From positions 47,273-111,272 of the IMG/VR virus record IMGVR_UViG_3300032073_000007: a stretch of 64,000 bases of DNA. One strand, given 5' to 3'. The notes under the pieces are model-generated. The model was not told the DNA's origin, made no database searches, and saw only the letters and a list, made by a program, of their open reading frames with translations. Below are positions 61,250 to 64,000 of the stretch, piece after piece. The DNA comes from a virus. Made by a program: the position numbers and the translations under genes. The stretch's first letter is position 1. Each line of letters starts with the position of its first letter.

Positions 61250-61441
61250 TTAATCTTCTGCTTTGTCTTTCGCTTTACCGATATTTAACGCCGCCCAGTC
61301 AATTAGAGAATAGATCTTTGCCCAAATGCTACCCTTTTTGGGAGTAGGGGTTGCTGCGGTAATAGCAGAAGCAAACGCAATCGCGGCAGTTACTACGCCG
61401 AACCAAGGATTGTCTTCAAGTAATTTAATTAAAATGTCCAT
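61250..61441 (-). CDS. Small membrane protein
   Basis: TM helix; TPTP, ALNIGKAK motifs. Confidence 0.65.
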   Translation of the reverse strand: MDILIKLLEDNPWFGVVTAAIAFASAITAATPTPKKGSIWAKIYSLIDWAALNIGKAKDKAED

Positions 61442-61495
61442 AATATTTTTATGTGTTCTCTTTATATTACACAATGTGAAAAATAGCGGGAATAA

Positions 61496-62338
61496 TTATA
61501 TTTTATTATAAGAGTATGTGCAGCCTATATCGTATTCTGTAGCGTTATAATATTGCCAACCATAATCCACCCAACCCGCCCATTCTGTTCCCCCAAAAGA
61601 TTCTCCAACTAAAGGTGAGAATCGAGAAATATCCGATATCTCTTCTTCTTTTACTGTAGAGGTCACAATATATTTTTTACTTATATGTGGATAACAGTTT
61701 GCTATATGTATTGGGCCACTATTTATACCTATAAAGATAGCGCTTTGCGCTATAATTTTTACAGATTCCCACAACTCAACACCCCTCTTGTCTATAAATG
61801 GGGAAGAATTATCTTCAATGGACCCCACTTGGATAATATCGTAATTATGATATCTCTCTTTTATTGTTTTTAAAATACGATATGGTATATATCTACCAGC
61901 AGTGCCGCTTGGACCAACGTGAATTGATATTTGTGTAGGCTTTACCTTTTTGGGATCTTCATATCTATAAAGTCTCGGCCCTCTTGGGAAATCCATTTCC
62001 AACATTTCAAGAGAAGGTTTTATTCCCGCAGCAAGATAAAACCAATAAGACCTAGATAAATTGCTAATTTGAGTATCTTTTCTCCACAATTGACGAATAC
62101 CCTTAGAATCACCACTATAAATGGCGGGCAAATGAATACGTTCGCCATTTGGTTTTTTTAATTTTAATTCTGGAAAATCTACATCTCTAACGACATAAGG
62201 ATTATAATCAAAAATCCAACTTTTTTTTACATCAATTAATTTTTTACCATGCTTTTTATAAAAAGCTTCTGGTATTGAGCTTAATTGAATTTTATCTCCT
62301 ATAGCATAAGCTCCCTCAATGTCAATAGCAAATTCCAC
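61496..62338 (-). CDS. GT9/heptosyltransferase-like protein
   Basis: AIGD.I, IIQVG, FIGINSGPIHIA. Confidence 0.65.
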   Translation of the reverse strand: MEFAIDIEGAYAIGDKIQLSSIPEAFYKKHGKKLIDVKKSWIFDYNPYVVRDVDFPELKLKKPNGERIHLPAIYSGDSKGIRQLWRKDTQISNLSRSYWFYLAAGIKPSLEMLEMDFPRGPRLYRYEDPKKVKPTQISIHVGPSGTAGRYIPYRILKTIKERYHNYDIIQVGSIEDNSSPFIDKRGVELWESVKIIAQSAIFIGINSGPIHIANCYPHISKKYIVTSTVKEEEISDISRFSPLVGESFGGTEWAGWVDYGWQYYNATEYDIGCTYSYNKI

Positions 62339-62342
62339 TACT

Positions 62343-62633
62343 CTACAATGAAATAGATACTGGCGCTATTTCCTCTAGTTCTTCGCAAAGTCTATCTATT
62401 TCGTCTCTTTGCATTTTTCTAGCTCTTATCCTTAGTTTTGCAACCTGTTCCCCAAAATCTCGAAACTGTTCGTCTTGATCAATATTACACTTTGCCTTAT
62501 TATCAAAAATAAAAGTATCAAACACCTCATATCTAATTGGGTCGATACACTTTTCAATAGGGTCAAATGTGGAATTTCCTACGACATAATCAAAGATGTC
62601 ATACCTGCTAACCTTGATTTTAACTTTTTCCAT
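62343..62633 (-). CDS. Hypothetical protein
   Basis: TATAAT-6 nt-ATG (MEKVKI...). Confidence 0.6.
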   Translation of the reverse strand: MEKVKIKVSRYDIFDYVVGNSTFDPIEKCIDPIRYEVFDTFIFDNKAKCNIDQDEQFRDFGEQVAKLRIRARKMQRDEIDRLCEELEEIAPVSISL

Positions 62634-62673
62634 TTTCATATTATAAATAGAAAAATAGAGATTTCTACAAAAT

Positions 62674-62898
62674 TTATTTAGTTGGCAAATAAACTTCTTT
62701 TGACATTATATTATTTGTTTCTCTTCTAATAATAACAATTGGATCATCGTAAAAATTAGTATCAATAAGTTTATCCTTGTTATATTTCCAGTAATCTAAA
62801 GCTTCTTTTTCTTTATAAAATTCTGGGATGTCTGCAATGGGTTCATACTTAAACCCTCTATCTTTTGCTATAATGTAAACTTGGCTATATTTTTTCAT
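62674..62898 (-). CDS. Hypothetical protein
   Basis: ORF coupled to the upstream gene. Confidence 0.55.
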   Translation of the reverse strand: MKKYSQVYIIAKDRGFKYEPIADIPEFYKEKEALDYWKYNKDKLIDTNFYDDPIVIIRRETNNIMSKEVYLPTK

Positions 62899-62900
62899 TT

Positions 62901-64000
62901 TCAGAACTCAAGCTTTATCGCTTTTGAAGTGCCAGCTAAACCAAGGTAAACATTTTTACCTTTAACTGTAGCACAAGTAGAGTAGCCAGTCCCAAGGCTC
63001 ATTATACCAGAACCCTCTTTAACTGTGTCTTTATCATCCATAAAACTATACTCGTAATCTTCCCATTGGATCTCTTGAGTAAGCGGGTTTACCCTAAAAC
63101 ATTTGGTATCACCCCAGAATGCACTGTAAAGCCAACCATCAGGGGCTAGGTAACCATGAAAATTTTTATTTTTATTAGCTACCTTCAAATAGTCTGTTGG
63201 CAAATCAATCTCCTCATAACTATCATCAGCACAATCAATAATTAGAATCTTTTTCCCCGTCCTTGGTAGGCAGAATACCTTATTAACACTTGGAACATAA
63301 GTAGCTCCAACATACTTCACACTAAATCCAGAAACTCCAGAAGTGACAGGCTTACCTTCCAGCAAGAAAGAGTCACCATTCTGATCTATCTTGAGAATTT
63401 TGCTTCCTAAAGCTGGCGGCATATAAATGTTGCCATCTGAATCTGCTGCTGCTCCCCACACATGACCAAAGAATCCTGTTTGTGGAGGAGTGAATGACCC
63501 AACCTCACCAGTTTTAATATTTAAAGTATAAATTTTTAATGTCTTGGTATAAGAGGGCATATAAATAATGCCATTAGCCCCTTCTGCACCAGATCTAATT
63601 TGAGGGCAAGAAGTAAATTTCTTTTCTAAAGTAATCTCACCAGTTGACCTTTTCAACTTAGCTATAGAGCTAGAATATGCTGGCAAGAAATAAGTATAAC
63701 CATCAGAAGCTTCTACATTGCCAATAAAACCATGACTTCCGTCAGTATTTCTTTTGATAGAATCAGTAAGAGTGTCTGTCTCAATATACATATCGGACTT
63801 GTAACCCAAGGAATGAATGACTCCGCTATCATCAATTGCCATTGTGCGGGTTTTTGTAAGGTTGCCGACTATTTCGTTTTTTAAATATTTAAAATTCGGC
63901 CAAGGAGAAACAGCCGATTCGATACCCACGCTCGTTGAGCCGATACCCACGCTCGTTGAGCCGATACCCACGCTCGTTGAGCCGATACCCACGCTCGTTG
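62901..64000 (-). CDS. Partial beta-propeller protein (5' end outside window)
   Basis: Repeated DG.IY.PP blades; STSVGIG linker repeats. Confidence 0.65.
   Translation of the reverse strand, partial: TSVGIGSTSVGIGSTSVGIGSTSVGIESAVSPWPNFKYLKNEIVGNLTKTRTMAIDDSGVIHSLGYKSDMYIETDTLTDSIKRNTDGSHGFIGNVEASDGYTYFLPAYSSSIAKLKRSTGEITLEKKFTSCPQIRSGAEGANGIIYMPSYTKTLKIYTLNIKTGEVGSFTPPQTGFFGHVWGAAADSDGNIYMPPALGSKILKIDQNGDSFLLEGKPVTSGVSGFSVKYVGATYVPSVNKVFCLPRTGKKILIIDCADDSYEEIDLPTDYLKVANKNKNFHGYLAPDGWLYSAFWGDTKCFRVNPLTQEIQWEDYEYSFMDDKDTVKEGSGIMSLGTGYSTCATVKGKNVYLGLAGTSKAIKLEF
63920..64000. repeat. Perfect 21-bp tandem repeat (about 4 units, truncated by window end)
   Basis: (CGATACCCACGCTCGTTGAGC)n. Confidence 0.95.

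Overview
This 64-kb window is part of a large tailed dsDNA bacteriophage genome; no host genes are recognisable. (1) 1-17959, minus strand: late/structural block with tail tube-like genes, a trypsin-like protease, neck genes, major capsid, decoration protein, protease/scaffold, portal, large terminase, an ERCC4-type nuclease, an ECF-like sigma factor and phoH. (2) ~18100-25300, plus strand: early island of short genes, most with their own sigma70 promoter placed for leaderless translation. It is punctuated about every kb by six copies of a 79-bp element (29-bp palindrome, 21-bp GC core, 29-bp palindrome). It also encodes unusual RNAs: a 65-nt RNA equal to the tRNA-like domain of tmRNA with no message region, whose 5' end overlaps the stop codon of the upstream ORF; a tRNA-Pro(CGG)-like RNA with a 39-nt insertion in the anticodon arm; a tRNA-CAU; and a further structured RNA. 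(3) 25364-36191: nucleases, UV glycosylase, RuvB-like ATPase, MazG, tRNA-Leu and glycosyltransferases. (4) 36235-55848: two ~3,270-aa modular GNVGIGTT-repeat fibre genes that share shuffled modules. (5) 55841-64000: a basic mosaic protein, a heptose/sugar-nucleotide cluster and a truncated beta-propeller gene. All protein calls come from motif recognition by eye; no database search was run. The best candidates for a new system are the mini-tmRNA/non-stop-mRNA unit and the 79-bp element array around it.
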